This document shows positions 50,991-64,000 of a stretch of DNA of 64,000 bases, one piece after another. The stretch is from an uncultured Methylomirabilota bacterium (GTDB lineage: Bacteria > Methylomirabilota > Methylomirabilia > Methylomirabilales > 2-02-FULL-66-22), in assembly GCA_963705305.1 (NCBI GenBank), contig OY970067.1, positions 32,001-96,000 on the forward strand. The letters are read 5' to 3'. A program made the translations under genes and the position numbers. The first letter of the stretch is position 1, and every line of letters starts with the position of its first letter. The notes below the pieces were generated by a model that searched no databases, had not been told where the DNA came from, and worked only from the letters and a program-made list of their open reading frames with translations.

Positions 50991-52031
50991 TTAGCCGCAG
51001 ACGAGCTGCACCTTGGTGCTCTTGCTCTTGTCGGCGGCGGCCCGAAAGGCGGTCACCGCCTCCTGGAGGGGATACTGCGCGGAGAGGAGCGGCTTCACGT
51101 CCACTCGCCCCTCGGCCAGGAAGCGCACGGCCCAGTCGAACTCCATCCCGAAGCGGAAGGTGCCGACGTAGTCGATCTCCCGGGCCATGACCTGATTCGC
51201 CAGGAAGTGCACCCCCTCCGGTGGGAGTGTCCCGACCTGCACGATCCGCCCGCCGCGCGCGACCGCAGCCAGGCAGGTGCCGAGGGCGGCGGGGTTGCCG
51301 GCCGCCTCGAACGCTAGGTCCGTCTCCCCCACGGCAGCGGCGGCCGCCTCCGGTCCTCCCGGAACCCGGTCCACCCGTAGGCAGCGGTCCGCGCCCACGC
51401 GCCCGGCGTCGGCGAGCGGCCGGTCCACCACGTCGGCCACCGTCACGGACGCCGCGCCGGCCAGCCGGGACGCCACCACGATCAGGCAGCCGATGGGGCC
51501 AGCCCCCGTCACCAGGACGCTCTTGCCCAGCAGATTCCCCCCGCGGTTCACGGCGTGCAGTGCCACCGACAGGGGCTCCGCGAAGGCCAGCTCGGCCAGG
51601 CCGACCACCGAGGCCACAGGCGTGAGCTGCCGCTCCGGCATGACGAAGGCCTCGCGGAACATCCCCTGCATGTGGGGGAAGATGCTGGCGCTCCCCAGAA
51701 ATCGCATGTGGCGGCAGAGGTTCTCACGCCCGGCCCGGCAGGCCTGACACACGCCGCAGGCATGCGAGGGGTTGACCGCAACCTTGTCCCCCTCCTTGAC
51801 CCGCGTCACGCCGGCCCCGACCTTGACCGCCGTCCCGGAGATCTCGTGGCCGGGGATCAGAGGCTCGCGGATGACGAAGCTCCCGACGCGTCCGTGCTGG
51901 AAGTAATGCATGTCGGAGCCGCAGATCCCGCCCGCCCCCAGCCTGAGGAGCACCTCGCCGGGTCCCGGATCGGGCTCGGGCACGCTCTCGATCCGCAGGT
52001 CCTCGGCTCCGTAGATTCGGCAGATTTGCAT
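50991..52031 (-). CDS. Zn-dependent L-idonate 5-dehydrogenase-like
   Basis: GICGSDMHY, GHE, CxxCxxC, MRFLGSA--PH-QG, GAGPIG, GTFRF. Confidence 0.85.
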   Translation of the reverse strand: MQICRIYGAEDLRIESVPEPDPGPGEVLLRLGAGGICGSDMHYFQHGRVGSFVIREPLIPGHEISGTAVKVGAGVTRVKEGDKVAVNPSHACGVCQACRAGRENLCRHMRFLGSASIFPHMQGMFREAFVMPERQLTPVASVVGLAELAFAEPLSVALHAVNRGGNLLGKSVLVTGAGPIGCLIVVASRLAGAASVTVADVVDRPLADAGRVGADRCLRVDRVPGGPEAAAAAVGETDLAFEAAGNPAALGTCLAAVARGGRIVQVGTLPPEGVHFLANQVMAREIDYVGTFRFGMEFDWAVRFLAEGRVDVKPLLSAQYPLQEAVTAFRAAADKSKSTKVQLVCG

Positions 52032-52209
52032 GGCATCCTCCGTGAGGACAAGGGGTTCACCAGGCCACAGCGAAAGCGGCCTGTGTCGGGCCGAGGCTAC
52101 CCAGAGATGGTCGTGCGGGTCAAGTCCTATTCCCAACCTGCGCCAGGCCTGCTATCCTGACCCGCGATACCAGATTCGAGGATTCGACCGGCGCACGTCC
52201 TGGACGATC

Positions 52210-55576
<3,367 letters not shown>

Positions 55577-55589
55577 CCCCACTCCGAGC

Positions 55590-55698
55590 ATATCTCACCG
55601 CCAAGCCCCTACGAACATACAAGACGCCAAGGGGAAATTCGAATTTCGAGGTTCGAATTTCGAAATTGGCAGGGCCGTCTTGGCGCCATGGCGGTTCG
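55590..55698. repeat. CGCCAAG/TTCGAA repeat element
   Basis: ATATCTCACCGCCAAG...CGCCAAG-[TTCGAA heptamers]-CTTGGCGCCATGGCGGTTC. Confidence 0.75.
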
Positions 55699-55844
55699 AT
55701 ACTTTTTGTAGTTCAAGGCCAAATCCCGCGATCGCCGAGACCTGCTGATCTGAATTGACTTTCCTGGATCCTTCCGCCATCCTATCAGGTGGGCCGAAAC
55801 TAGACACCGCGCTGGAAAATGCTCGAGGGGGATCTCGCGCTTCG

Positions 55845-56795
55845 ATGCGAAGACGACCGCCCAACCTGCCGTACCGATTCTTATGCCCCTGCCCCCACTT
55901 GCACAGGAAGCAGTGCCTCCTCACGCTGGTGTTCCTGGCCGCAGTGCTCGGCCCCGGCGGAGCCCTGGCGATGGACGCCCTGGTCCTGGGGCGGGAGGTC
56001 CTCGTCCGTGAGGCACCCCAACCGGCCGCTCAGGTGGTCCGTCGGGCGGAGCCGGGGCAGACGTTCCCGGTAGCGCCGCGGAAGGGGGAGAAGGACCAAC
56101 TCCTCTACGCGCTGGACGGGCGGGGTGATTTGTGGGTGAAGGTCCAGGTCGGCGGGGGGGACACAGGGTTCGTCCGGACAGATCTCGTGTCGGTCGCCCA
56201 CGAAGAGTTTCGCTCGCCCCGGGGGGATTCCATCCTCTTCCTGAACCTGCGGTCGACCGCCGACGGTTCTGTCGCACGCGATCTCTGGCTGATCCAGAAC
56301 GACTGGCAGCACACGCGGCGTCTGGCCACTATCTGGGGCCGACCGGTCTGGGGGGGGCACGGCGACTGGTTCCTGTGTGAGACGGATTCGGGCCGGCCCG
56401 TCAGCGACCAGTCCATGGACCGGACGGTGGAAGTGATCGAGAAGTTCTCGGCTAACGGCCACAGTCACAGCGTGCTGACCGCGGGATCGTATCCGATCCT
56501 GGACGAGACACGGGGTGAGATCTACTTTTACCGCGACGTGGACGAGCACGGCGTCCATGTCCCGCCGGGACTGTACGCCGTCAAGACGGACGGAAGCGGT
56601 CTTCGCCCCATTTTCTTGCTGCCGGAGCACTTCCGCTTCTGGAAGGAGGACGGCGATTATTTCGTGCAGGCGCCACCCCCGCGGTTCCGGGCCGCCGCCG
56701 ACCATATCTCGCTGTTTGCTTTCGACCGGACGGGCGTCCGGACCCGCTTCAAGGTCGCCCTGGACGGCCATCTCCTGAACCTCAGAGTCGAGTGA
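55845..56795 (+). CDS. Hypothetical exported protein with an SH3-like N-terminal domain
   Basis: Hydrophobic signal; VLVREAP...W-KV...GFVRTDLV pattern; start codon uncertain. Confidence 0.65.
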   Translation: MRRRPPNLPYRFLCPCPHLHRKQCLLTLVFLAAVLGPGGALAMDALVLGREVLVREAPQPAAQVVRRAEPGQTFPVAPRKGEKDQLLYALDGRGDLWVKVQVGGGDTGFVRTDLVSVAHEEFRSPRGDSILFLNLRSTADGSVARDLWLIQNDWQHTRRLATIWGRPVWGGHGDWFLCETDSGRPVSDQSMDRTVEVIEKFSANGHSHSVLTAGSYPILDETRGEIYFYRDVDEHGVHVPPGLYAVKTDGSGLRPIFLLPEHFRFWKEDGDYFVQAPPPRFRAAADHISLFAFDRTGVRTRFKVALDGHLLNLRVE

Positions 56796-56839
56796 CCGGC
56801 GGCCGGCTCCTCCCGGCCCCCCCCAGAATGCAATCATCC

Positions 56840-58114
56840 ATGACCCGCTGGATGTCCGAAACCCTTCCGGTGCTGCTGGCCCTGGCGGCGGCCCTGGTGC
56901 TGTTCCGTGCAATGCCCGGTCCCCCGGCCTGGGCCGGGACCGCGACCGGCGCCGTCCCCAAAGAGATCGCCACTTACTTCACTCCGCAGGACGTGGCCCG
57001 CGGACACGCCTACATGCAAGGGCGCTACTGGTTCGTCGCGGCTGGGATCGCCTTCCGGCTGGCGCTGCTCCTGCTTCTGGTCCTCACCCCGTCCTCGGCC
57101 GCTCTCCGCAATGCCGCGGTGCGCCTGTCGCCCACCCGGCCCGCCATCGCCGTGGCGCTATACATCGCATTCCTGGTTCTTCTCTTCGAGCTGCTGATGC
57201 TCCCGCTGAGCTACTATGTGGGCTTCGTGCGAGAGCACGCTTTCGGCCTCTCCACACAGACGCCGGGGGGCTGGCTGCTGGACCGGCTCAAGGCCGCCCT
57301 GCTCGACCTGGCCCTGGCCGCGCCGTTGGGCTCGCTCCTGGTCCTGCTGTGGCGCCGCTGCCCGACCCGCTGGGTCCTCCCCACCTGGATCCTGGCCGGC
57401 GTGGCGGCCGTCCTGCTGGTGGCCCTGGCCCCGGTGGTCATCGATCCGCTGTTCACCAAGCTGACCCCGCTGCAGGACCCCGCCCTCCGCGCGCGGGTGC
57501 TGGCCTTGGCCCAGCGGGCCGGCATCCATGTGGACCAGGTGTATGTCTCGGACGCCAGCCGCCGGACCCGCAAGGGAAATGCCTATTTCACCGGACTGGG
57601 CGCCTCCAAGCGCATCGTCATCTATGACACGCTCCTGGCCGGGAGCGATCCGGAGGCGGTGGAGCTGGTCCTGGCCCACGAGATGGGGCACTGGAAGCAT
57701 GCCCACATCTGGAAGGGGCTGGCCCTCACCATCCTGGGCATGGGGATCGGTCTCTGGTGCTGCGCCCGCGTCCTGGCCTGGGCGGTCAAGCGGCCCGCCT
57801 TCCATATCGCGGGACCCGCCGACGTGGCCGGCCTCCCCCTCTTCCTGCTCACGTTGTTTATCCTGAGCCTGTTGAGCTTGCCAATCCAAACCGGCGTCTC
57901 GCGCTATTTCGAGCGCCAGGCTGATTGGACCGCGCTCGAGCTGACCCGGAACCCTCAGGCGTTCATCCGGTCCGAGGTGGATCTGGCGCGCTCCAATCTG
58001 GCCGATCTGAACCCGCCCCGCGTCCTGGTCTGGCTGCTCTACACGCATCCCCCGGTGGCCGAGCGGATCCGCATGGCCGAGTCGTTCGAGACCAAGACCG
58101 GCGCGCAACCGTGA
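56840..58114 (+). CDS. M48 family (Ste24-like) membrane metallopeptidase
   Basis: NAYFTG, YDTL, HEMGH, ERQAD, THPP--ER. Confidence 0.93.
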   Translation: MTRWMSETLPVLLALAAALVLFRAMPGPPAWAGTATGAVPKEIATYFTPQDVARGHAYMQGRYWFVAAGIAFRLALLLLLVLTPSSAALRNAAVRLSPTRPAIAVALYIAFLVLLFELLMLPLSYYVGFVREHAFGLSTQTPGGWLLDRLKAALLDLALAAPLGSLLVLLWRRCPTRWVLPTWILAGVAAVLLVALAPVVIDPLFTKLTPLQDPALRARVLALAQRAGIHVDQVYVSDASRRTRKGNAYFTGLGASKRIVIYDTLLAGSDPEAVELVLAHEMGHWKHAHIWKGLALTILGMGIGLWCCARVLAWAVKRPAFHIAGPADVAGLPLFLLTLFILSLLSLPIQTGVSRYFERQADWTALELTRNPQAFIRSEVDLARSNLADLNPPRVLVWLLYTHPPVAERIRMAESFETKTGAQP

Positions 58115-58163
58115 CGGCGCCGGCGCAGGCCGGACACGGACGATTGCCGCCTCCCATGCAACC

Positions 58164-58195
58164 CTTGGCGACTTGGCGGTGAGCGATTTTCGGAA
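58164..58195 (-). repeat. CGCCAAG repeat half-element (reverse)
   Basis: Reverse complement TTCCGAAAATCGCTCACCGCCAAGTCGCCAAG. Confidence 0.7.
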
Positions 58196-58279
58196 TTGGG
58201 TCAGGAGACGGCTTTCGCCCGGGGCGGCATTAGGCTAGAATAGGCCCGGGAGAATTCGATTTCCCATCAAGGAGAACAT

Positions 58280-58618
58280 ATGGCAAAGATCAGAGGGCAA
58301 CTCTCGCGCCCCTATCTTCCCGGTTGGGAGGATGACGAGCACGTGAGCCTCGGACGGACCCTCCAGGGCGAGCTGGAGATCCGCTTCGCGGGGACCTGCG
58401 AGGGATGCCGGGAGTCCTTCCCGGACATGCAGCGCACAATTCAGACCATCGCGCAGCGGACATCCATGACGATCCCGGAGGCCACGGCGTTCTACGTCGG
58501 GTTCACCGTCGGCGTGGACAGCCTTCGCCGCTACCACCGGCTGGGTGACTTCCTGGACGACGACGAGATCCTGGAGGAGTTTTTCGGCGGGAAGACCGTG
58601 GCGGGCCGCTTTCACTAG
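58280..58618 (+). CDS. Hypothetical protein with a CxxC motif
   Basis: AAGGAG RBS, host-like GC3, IRFAGTCEGC. Confidence 0.75.
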   Translation: MAKIRGQLSRPYLPGWEDDEHVSLGRTLQGELEIRFAGTCEGCRESFPDMQRTIQTIAQRTSMTIPEATAFYVGFTVGVDSLRRYHRLGDFLDDDEILEEFFGGKTVAGRFH

Positions 58619-58709
58619 GCGCCAGTCGCTCGCCCCCCGGCGGCACCCTGCGCTGCCGGACCGGCGCACACATTCTCGATAACCCCATGCCGCAAGAGTG
58701 AGAGGCAAA

Positions 58710-59534
58710 ATGAGACCGCGCGGCTTTGCGCTGCACACCTGGACGCTGGATACGACGCCCCTGGAGACCGTGCTGGCGGTGGCGCGGCGCACCGGCTGGG
58801 ACGCCATCGAGCTCCGCCGGCTGGATTTCGCCCGGGCCGGCCGGGAGGGCCGGTCCCCCGAGCAGGTCCTGGAGATGGTGCGATCCAGCGGCCTCCCCGT
58901 CGCGTGCGTCGGTGTCGAGCTGGGCTGGATGTTCGCAACCGGCAGCGAACGGCAGCGGCTGCTCCAGGCCTTCGCCGAGTCCTGTCAATGGGCCGCGGCC
59001 TTGGGCTGCCCCACCGTTATGAGTCCCGTCGACCCCGGGTCGGGCGACCTGGCCCAGGCGATCGCCAGCGTGCGCGAAGTGGGGCAGATTGCCGCGGCGC
59101 ACGGGGTGCGGCTGGCCTTGGAGTTCAACTGTCTGGCCCGGCAGTTCAACACGCTGGATCGGATCCGCGAGGTCACGGCCGGCGCCGGCCATCCGCACTG
59201 CAGCATCCTGCTGGATAGCTACCATCTCCAGCGCAGCGGGGCCTCCCCCCAAGCTCTTCGCAACCTGCCTCCGGTGGAGATTGCGTACGTGCAGTACAGC
59301 GACGTCCCGCGGGACATCCCGGAGCCGCACATCACTACCAACCGGCTCCCCCCCGGCCGAGGCACGGTTCCGTTTCGCGAGCTCTTCAAGTTGCTCGAGG
59401 AGAAGGGATACAGCGGCTTCCTCAGCTATGAGGCCCCGAACCCTTCCGCCTGGGCGCGGGATCCCGGGGAGGTCGCCCGGGAGGCCTTGCAGGCCTCGCG
59501 GGCCCTGCAAGTGCCCGCCGCCCCGCTGGGCTGA
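58710..59534 (+). CDS. Sugar phosphate isomerase/epimerase (xylose isomerase-like TIM barrel)
   Basis: GWDAIE, LALE, LDSYH, SD, RLPPGRG, SYE. Confidence 0.88.
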   Translation: MRPRGFALHTWTLDTTPLETVLAVARRTGWDAIELRRLDFARAGREGRSPEQVLEMVRSSGLPVACVGVELGWMFATGSERQRLLQAFAESCQWAAALGCPTVMSPVDPGSGDLAQAIASVREVGQIAAAHGVRLALEFNCLARQFNTLDRIREVTAGAGHPHCSILLDSYHLQRSGASPQALRNLPPVEIAYVQYSDVPRDIPEPHITTNRLPPGRGTVPFRELFKLLEEKGYSGFLSYEAPNPSAWARDPGEVAREALQASRALQVPAAPLG

Positions 59535-59636
59535 CGTCGCGCGTCGGAAGGCTCTCGATGCTTCATCGGCATTCCGGCCGGAGTTTACCCGGGTGAAAAC
59601 CGGGGCCGGAATGACAGAGAGAGCGGTGGGTCCGTG

Positions 59637-60350
59637 TCAGACCCGCTGCCAAACCGCCCGCCCGATGAAGAACGGCCCCAGCCTCTCGATGTACTCGGAA
59701 GTCTGAATCGTCCTCCGCATAGCCTGAACCAGGTGGGACAGAGGGTGAAGATCGGGACCCACGAGTCCGATGACGAAGTCGTTGTCGTTGGTATCGAGAC
59801 CGTTGCAGGCAAGCCGGACGTCCTGGGCGAGGCCCGTTTCTCCATAGGCCCGGCCGATGATCCCGTGCTCTTTGAGGATGGCCCCCTGCTCCTTGGGCGA
59901 TAGGCGGGCAAAGGCTCCGGTCCGCCGCAGCGGATACCACACGGCCCACGGCCACTCGGGGTTGCGAACCGCGCGGCGCGCCCGGCGGAGGAGCCAGTCC
60001 TCCAGGTTCGGCTCGAACCCCGACGCGTAGGTCCGCCCGAGCATGGCGAGCTCTCGCCGATGGAGGAGTCCGGCGAAGGGGGGGGCGTTGAGGAGGTCCC
60101 GTAGGCGCGTGACGAAGAATGCGGGATCCTCGCTCATGGTCAGCAGACCCACTCCCCGGGGGTCGTTGATGTCGAGGTACAGGACCCCTTCGATTCCGCC
60201 CGCCTCGAGCGGTCTGATCAACGGCGCCACATCGGTACATCCGGTGAAAACCTGAAGCTGCATGAACAGACGCCGGTCGGACGTCTGCTGGCCGGCCCCG
60301 TGCTCTCGCACATCAATCTTTGCGCTCTGCTCTTCCCTGGATGGCTCCAC
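59637..60350 (-). CDS. Chlorite dismutase / coproheme decarboxylase (HemQ-like) family
   Basis: WYPLRR, L-EHG-IG, GLD--DFV, LV--MR, GPFFIG. Confidence 0.8.
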   Translation of the reverse strand: MEPSREEQSAKIDVREHGAGQQTSDRRLFMQLQVFTGCTDVAPLIRPLEAGGIEGVLYLDINDPRGVGLLTMSEDPAFFVTRLRDLLNAPPFAGLLHRRELAMLGRTYASGFEPNLEDWLLRRARRAVRNPEWPWAVWYPLRRTGAFARLSPKEQGAILKEHGIIGRAYGETGLAQDVRLACNGLDTNDNDFVIGLVGPDLHPLSHLVQAMRRTIQTSEYIERLGPFFIGRAVWQRV

Positions 60351-60375
60351 GACTCCCCCCTCCCTGCTGTGTCTC

Positions 60376-61101
60376 TTAGCGTCCCGCCTCTCCGAACGTG
60401 ATCCGGTCCCCCGCCATCACGGGCACCACGTCGGTGACGTCCAGCCGGGCACACAAGTCGAGATCGGCTTCCAGCCCCAGTTCAACAATTCGACGCCCCC
60501 ACGCCGTCTCGCGGAGAAGCCCCGGCAGATCGACGGCGTACCGCCCCCAGAGAATCCGGCAGGCCCTGGCGCCGTCTCCCAGCGTGAGGAGCGGGGAAAG
60601 GCCCGCAGCCCAATCCACGATGGCCCCCGCGCACACCACATCCTCCAGCGAGAAGCGACCCTCGCACCCCGAGCAGACGACGACGCCGTTCTCCCCCCGG
60701 GCCACCAGCCATCTCGCCACCGCGGCGCGGTTGAGAAACGCGCCGACGGCCACCGTCCGTCCGGGGCCGGCGGCCCGCAGGGCCTTGGTCCCGTTGGAGG
60801 TGGTCATGATCACCTGCCGGCCTTCGACTGTCGCTCGTCCGAACTCGGTGGGCGAGTTCCCCAGGTCGAAGCCGGGGATCCGCTCCCCGCCCTGCTCGCC
60901 CGCCAGCAGGGCGCCGGGGGCAGCCGTCAGAGCGCTCTGGGCCTCGTGGGGGCTTGCCAAAGGGAGGATGGATCGGCAGCCGTGCTGGAAGGCGGTGATG
61001 ATGCTGGTGGTCGCCCGGATGACGTCGATGACGACCGCCGCGGGCTCCGGGTGAGATTGACCGGCCAGTTCATCCGGGAGGACAAGAACGTCGAGACGCA
61101 T
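60376..61101 (-). CDS. comB: 2-phosphosulfolactate phosphatase family
   Basis: VVIDVIRATTS, FDLGNSP, MTTSNGT, FSLED. Confidence 0.9.
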   Translation of the reverse strand: MRLDVLVLPDELAGQSHPEPAAVVIDVIRATTSIITAFQHGCRSILPLASPHEAQSALTAAPGALLAGEQGGERIPGFDLGNSPTEFGRATVEGRQVIMTTSNGTKALRAAGPGRTVAVGAFLNRAAVARWLVARGENGVVVCSGCEGRFSLEDVVCAGAIVDWAAGLSPLLTLGDGARACRILWGRYAVDLPGLLRETAWGRRIVELGLEADLDLCARLDVTDVVPVMAGDRITFGEAGR

Positions 61102-61172
61102 GACAGTCCGCAGGATGGAAGGATCGGCTCGGAGGACGGCCCGAGGGCCCCCGCGGGCTTCGGGCCGGCTGA

Positions 61173-62771
61173 CTATCGCTCCAACCGGAAGAGCAGCTTC
61201 TGCTTACCGATCTCGATCTCATCGCCGTGCTTCAGGGTGTGCTCGGAGATCTTTTCCCCGTTCACCCGCGTGCCCAGCAGGCCGCCCAGATGCACGATCT
61301 TGTACCGGCCTTCCTTCTGGGGGATGATCCGGGCGTGGGCCTTGGCCACAAACATTCCGGAGAGCTGAACCTGGCAATCCGCGCCGGTCCCCAGCGTGAC
61401 CTCCTCCGACTCAAGGGCGAATTTCTTGAGGTCCGGCAGGATCAGGCGTGGTCGAAGAACCGGCGTGGCCCCTTCTCCGCGGGGGGCCGGCCGCGCCGCC
61501 ATAGCCTGGGCGACGGCCGCCTGGTCGATAAACATGGTCTTCTGCCCGGCGTCGGCCGCCGATTCAACCTTGGAAGCGGTCTCCGCACCCTTCGGCACCC
61601 GGAAGACCAGCCGGTGTTTCACCAGCGTGATCTCATCCCCGTCCTTGAGGTCCCGGCGGGTGATTCGCTCGCCGCCGACGAAGGTCCCGTTGGCGCTCCC
61701 CAAGTCCTCGATGACAGCACTGTCGCCCACCATGCGGATCACCGCATGCCGACGCGACACGCCCGGATTGTCGATGAAGATCGCATTCCCGGTCGTCCGC
61801 CCAATGGTGAGCTCTCCCTGCGCCAGGGAGAACACGCCCAGCTGCCTGTCCCCCGTGTACAGGACGATTTCGGGTACCGGCCCCCTGGAAACGGACGGGG
61901 GGGTCGGCGCCGGACTCGGCCGGGAAAGCTCGGGCACAGCCATCGTCGGCTCGGGTGCGGGCGCCGCGGGCGCGGCTTCCATGGCCGGAGCCGGCGCGGT
62001 TTCCCCGGCCGGGGACGCGGCCGGAACGACCTGGGAAGGCTCGGGGGTCACCTCCAGCTCCAGCTGGGGCCCGCTCTCGGCCTCCTTCACCTTGAAGGCA
62101 ACTTGAAGGAAGACCTCGCTCAGGCGTCCGCGGGTCTCCGGCGTGATCAGGCCCACATCCTCCGCCGGCTGGGCCCGCGTCTGGTCATACACCTCTATGG
62201 TGAGGCCGTCCGGACACATGCTGGCATAGGCCTGGAGCTGCTGGTCGGGCGAGCCTTCCTTCGCGGCCTCGGTCCCGGAGGGAGGAAAGTAGTTTGCCGC
62301 CAGTCGGCCCTTGGTCCAGATACTTACCCCCCACTCCCCCCCCGGCGAAGCGAGACCCAAGATGGCGTCGCGGTCCCGAGCCGCCAGCTTCTCCAGCAGC
62401 TCGGTCACGTTTCCCCCGCTTACCGGGTGGGTGAGCACGGGCCGATGCTGGAACAGCACCATCAAGCCGAGGAGTAGGCGCTTGTCGGCGACCAAGAAAG
62501 ACAGCGGAGCCTCCGGCTGTTCCGAATAGGCCGCGAAGAATTCGTGGATCTCCAGGAAGCTGCGCGATCCCCCCGCGATGCGTCCGGCTCCATAGGGAGC
62601 CCCGTTCACGACGAAAAGCAGCCGTGTCTCATCGGGAAAGGATTGCAGGAAGTAGCCGTCCAGAATTCGCCGTTCCTGGGTGATCTTGAGAAAGAGCGCA
62701 TCGAACTTGATCAGCGGGCACACCCGCGAGTCCAGGAGCGTTGACATAGCTGGGAATCTGGGACTCGGCAT
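61173..62771 (-). CDS. Protein with two FHA domains and a Pro/Ala-rich linker
   Basis: IGR...VSRRHA...DLGSANGT, plus a second degenerate FHA at the C-terminus; GGAGGAGG RBS. Confidence 0.85.
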   Translation of the reverse strand: MPSPRFPAMSTLLDSRVCPLIKFDALFLKITQERRILDGYFLQSFPDETRLLFVVNGAPYGAGRIAGGSRSFLEIHEFFAAYSEQPEAPLSFLVADKRLLLGLMVLFQHRPVLTHPVSGGNVTELLEKLAARDRDAILGLASPGGEWGVSIWTKGRLAANYFPPSGTEAAKEGSPDQQLQAYASMCPDGLTIEVYDQTRAQPAEDVGLITPETRGRLSEVFLQVAFKVKEAESGPQLELEVTPEPSQVVPAASPAGETAPAPAMEAAPAAPAPEPTMAVPELSRPSPAPTPPSVSRGPVPEIVLYTGDRQLGVFSLAQGELTIGRTTGNAIFIDNPGVSRRHAVIRMVGDSAVIEDLGSANGTFVGGERITRRDLKDGDEITLVKHRLVFRVPKGAETASKVESAADAGQKTMFIDQAAVAQAMAARPAPRGEGATPVLRPRLILPDLKKFALESEEVTLGTGADCQVQLSGMFVAKAHARIIPQKEGRYKIVHLGGLLGTRVNGEKISEHTLKHGDEIEIGKQKLLFRLER

Positions 62772-62903
62772 CGTGCCTCCTCCGCCTCGGGGTTGCTGCA
62801 ATCGCGCTTTTTCACCCCGGGCTTCCTGCGATGAAGCCGACCTGATCAAGTCTGGCCGAGAGCGTGGTCCCGGTCCGGATCGGGTCCTCTGTCCCGGCCG
62901 CAC

Positions 62904-63686
62904 TCACCGTTCCCGCCCGGCCCCCTTCTCCGCCCGGGCCTGAACCAGGAGCGCGGTGATGTTGTCGTCCCCGCCCCTGTAATTGGCCCGGTCCACCAAG
63001 ACCTGGCAAGCCTGCTCGAGGTCAGACCCGTGCTCCAGCACTGCGGCCAGCATCTCTTCGTCTTCGACCAAGTCCGAGAGACCGTCGGAGCAGAGAAGGA
63101 GGACATCTCCGGAAAGAACGGCCTCCTCTGCGATGTCCACCTCGACCGCCTCCCGGAGGCCCAACGCCCTGGTGATCAGGTGACGAAACTGCGAATGGTG
63201 CGCCTCCTCCCGCGAGATGAGCCCGCACTCCACCTGCTGCTGAACCACCGAGTGATCACGGGAAACCTGAACGATCTCTCCCTCCCGGATGCGATAAATG
63301 CGGCTGTCCCCCACGTGTGCCAAGGCCACCCGCTCGCCGTCGGTGAGAATCGCCACCAGGGTGGTCCCCATGTTGGCATATTCCTGGTGCGCCTGAGCCG
63401 CCTGGAAGATGGCCTGGTTGGCCAGGCGAATGCTGCTAAGCAGGCAAGTCGCCCGGCGTGAGCAGGTCGCCTCTTCCGTCCCGGCCTCCTCCGGTTCTTC
63501 CAAGAGGCTCGCCACCGATTTCTGGATCGTTTCCACGGCCAGCCGGCTGGCCACCTCTCCGGCGGCATGCCCCCCCATTCCGTCCGCAACCACGAAGAGG
63601 CCGAGATCGGGCGCCAGGCAGTAACTGTCTTCGTTGCCTGACCGCTTGCGTCCCACGTCCGTCCGGACAGCGGCTACATACTCCAT
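62904..63686 (-). CDS. PP2C/Stp1 Ser/Thr protein phosphatase
   Basis: RSGNED, ADGMGGH, MGTT, HVGDSR, DHS, CSDGL, DNIT. Confidence 0.95.
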   Translation of the reverse strand: MEYVAAVRTDVGRKRSGNEDSYCLAPDLGLFVVADGMGGHAAGEVASRLAVETIQKSVASLLEEPEEAGTEEATCSRRATCLLSSIRLANQAIFQAAQAHQEYANMGTTLVAILTDGERVALAHVGDSRIYRIREGEIVQVSRDHSVVQQQVECGLISREEAHHSQFRHLITRALGLREAVEVDIAEEAVLSGDVLLLCSDGLSDLVEDEEMLAAVLEHGSDLEQACQVLVDRANYRGGDDNITALLVQARAEKGAGRER

Positions 63687-63744
63687 GGAGTGCCTGATCC
63701 CCTCGGATCCTATGCGCCGCCCATCCCTCTGGGGGGCGTACGCA

Positions 63745-64000
63745 TCAGGCCTGGCGTCGATATCCGCGGAAGAGCCCGGTCGCCGCGCAGACCTTCAGCC
63801 CATCGCTCGCCAGGAACGGGAGCGATCCCTTGACTATGGCACTCGTGGCATTTAAATGCAGACTCCATGCCAACCAGGCCACGCCAAAGGCAAGCAACGT
63901 CAGATGCCCCAGCACCATGCTGAGGAAGATCCAGGCGGTTCCGGGACGTTCGGGCCGCCGGATCATCCATCCGATGAGAGCCGCGGCAGGCACAAAACCG
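63745..64000 (-). CDS. bioY: Biotin transporter BioY, C-terminal part (5' truncated by window edge)
   Basis: GFVPAA-LIG...G--WL...LPFL--D-LK pattern. Confidence 0.75.
   Translation of the reverse strand, partial: GFVPAAALIGWMIRRPERPGTAWIFLSMVLGHLTLLAFGVAWLAWSLHLNATSAIVKGSLPFLASDGLKVCAATGLFRGYRRQA

Noticed and set aside
59637..60350. True chlorite dismutase (O2-generating)
   Set aside because: Only family membership is evident; the housekeeping context suggests a HemQ-like role, and the catalytic residues could not be verified

Overview
High-GC bacterial chromosomal window with about 55 CDS. No rRNA, tRNA, CRISPR array, prophage or intact transposase was recognised. The gene content (many ABC importers, F420 genes, qNOR) and the repeat families resemble Methylomirabilota/Rokubacteria-like genomes, but that is an inference only. 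Main features: (1) a contiguous coenzyme F420 cluster, cofG-cofH-npdG-cofD-[cofC::cofE fusion], at 34.7-40.8 kb. (2) Two different non-autonomous TIR elements (MITEs) with intact target-site duplications, each disrupting a gene that is restored exactly on excision (12.5 kb and 41.8 kb), plus two copies of a third MITE family and a dispersed CGCCAAG/TTCGAA repeat family. (3) A compact convergent restriction-modification pair: a PD-(D/E)xK nuclease and an HTH-fused beta-class methyltransferase. (4) A LacI/GntR-type regulator flanked by two near-identical operator-promoters. (5) A canonical qNOR plus NnrS, an AmgK-RapZ fusion with MurU, copC/copD, ligA, a PP2C/FHA signalling pair, several gene remnants and a 48-aa membrane protein missed by the ORF track. 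Products were assigned by motif recognition only; no database searches were run.
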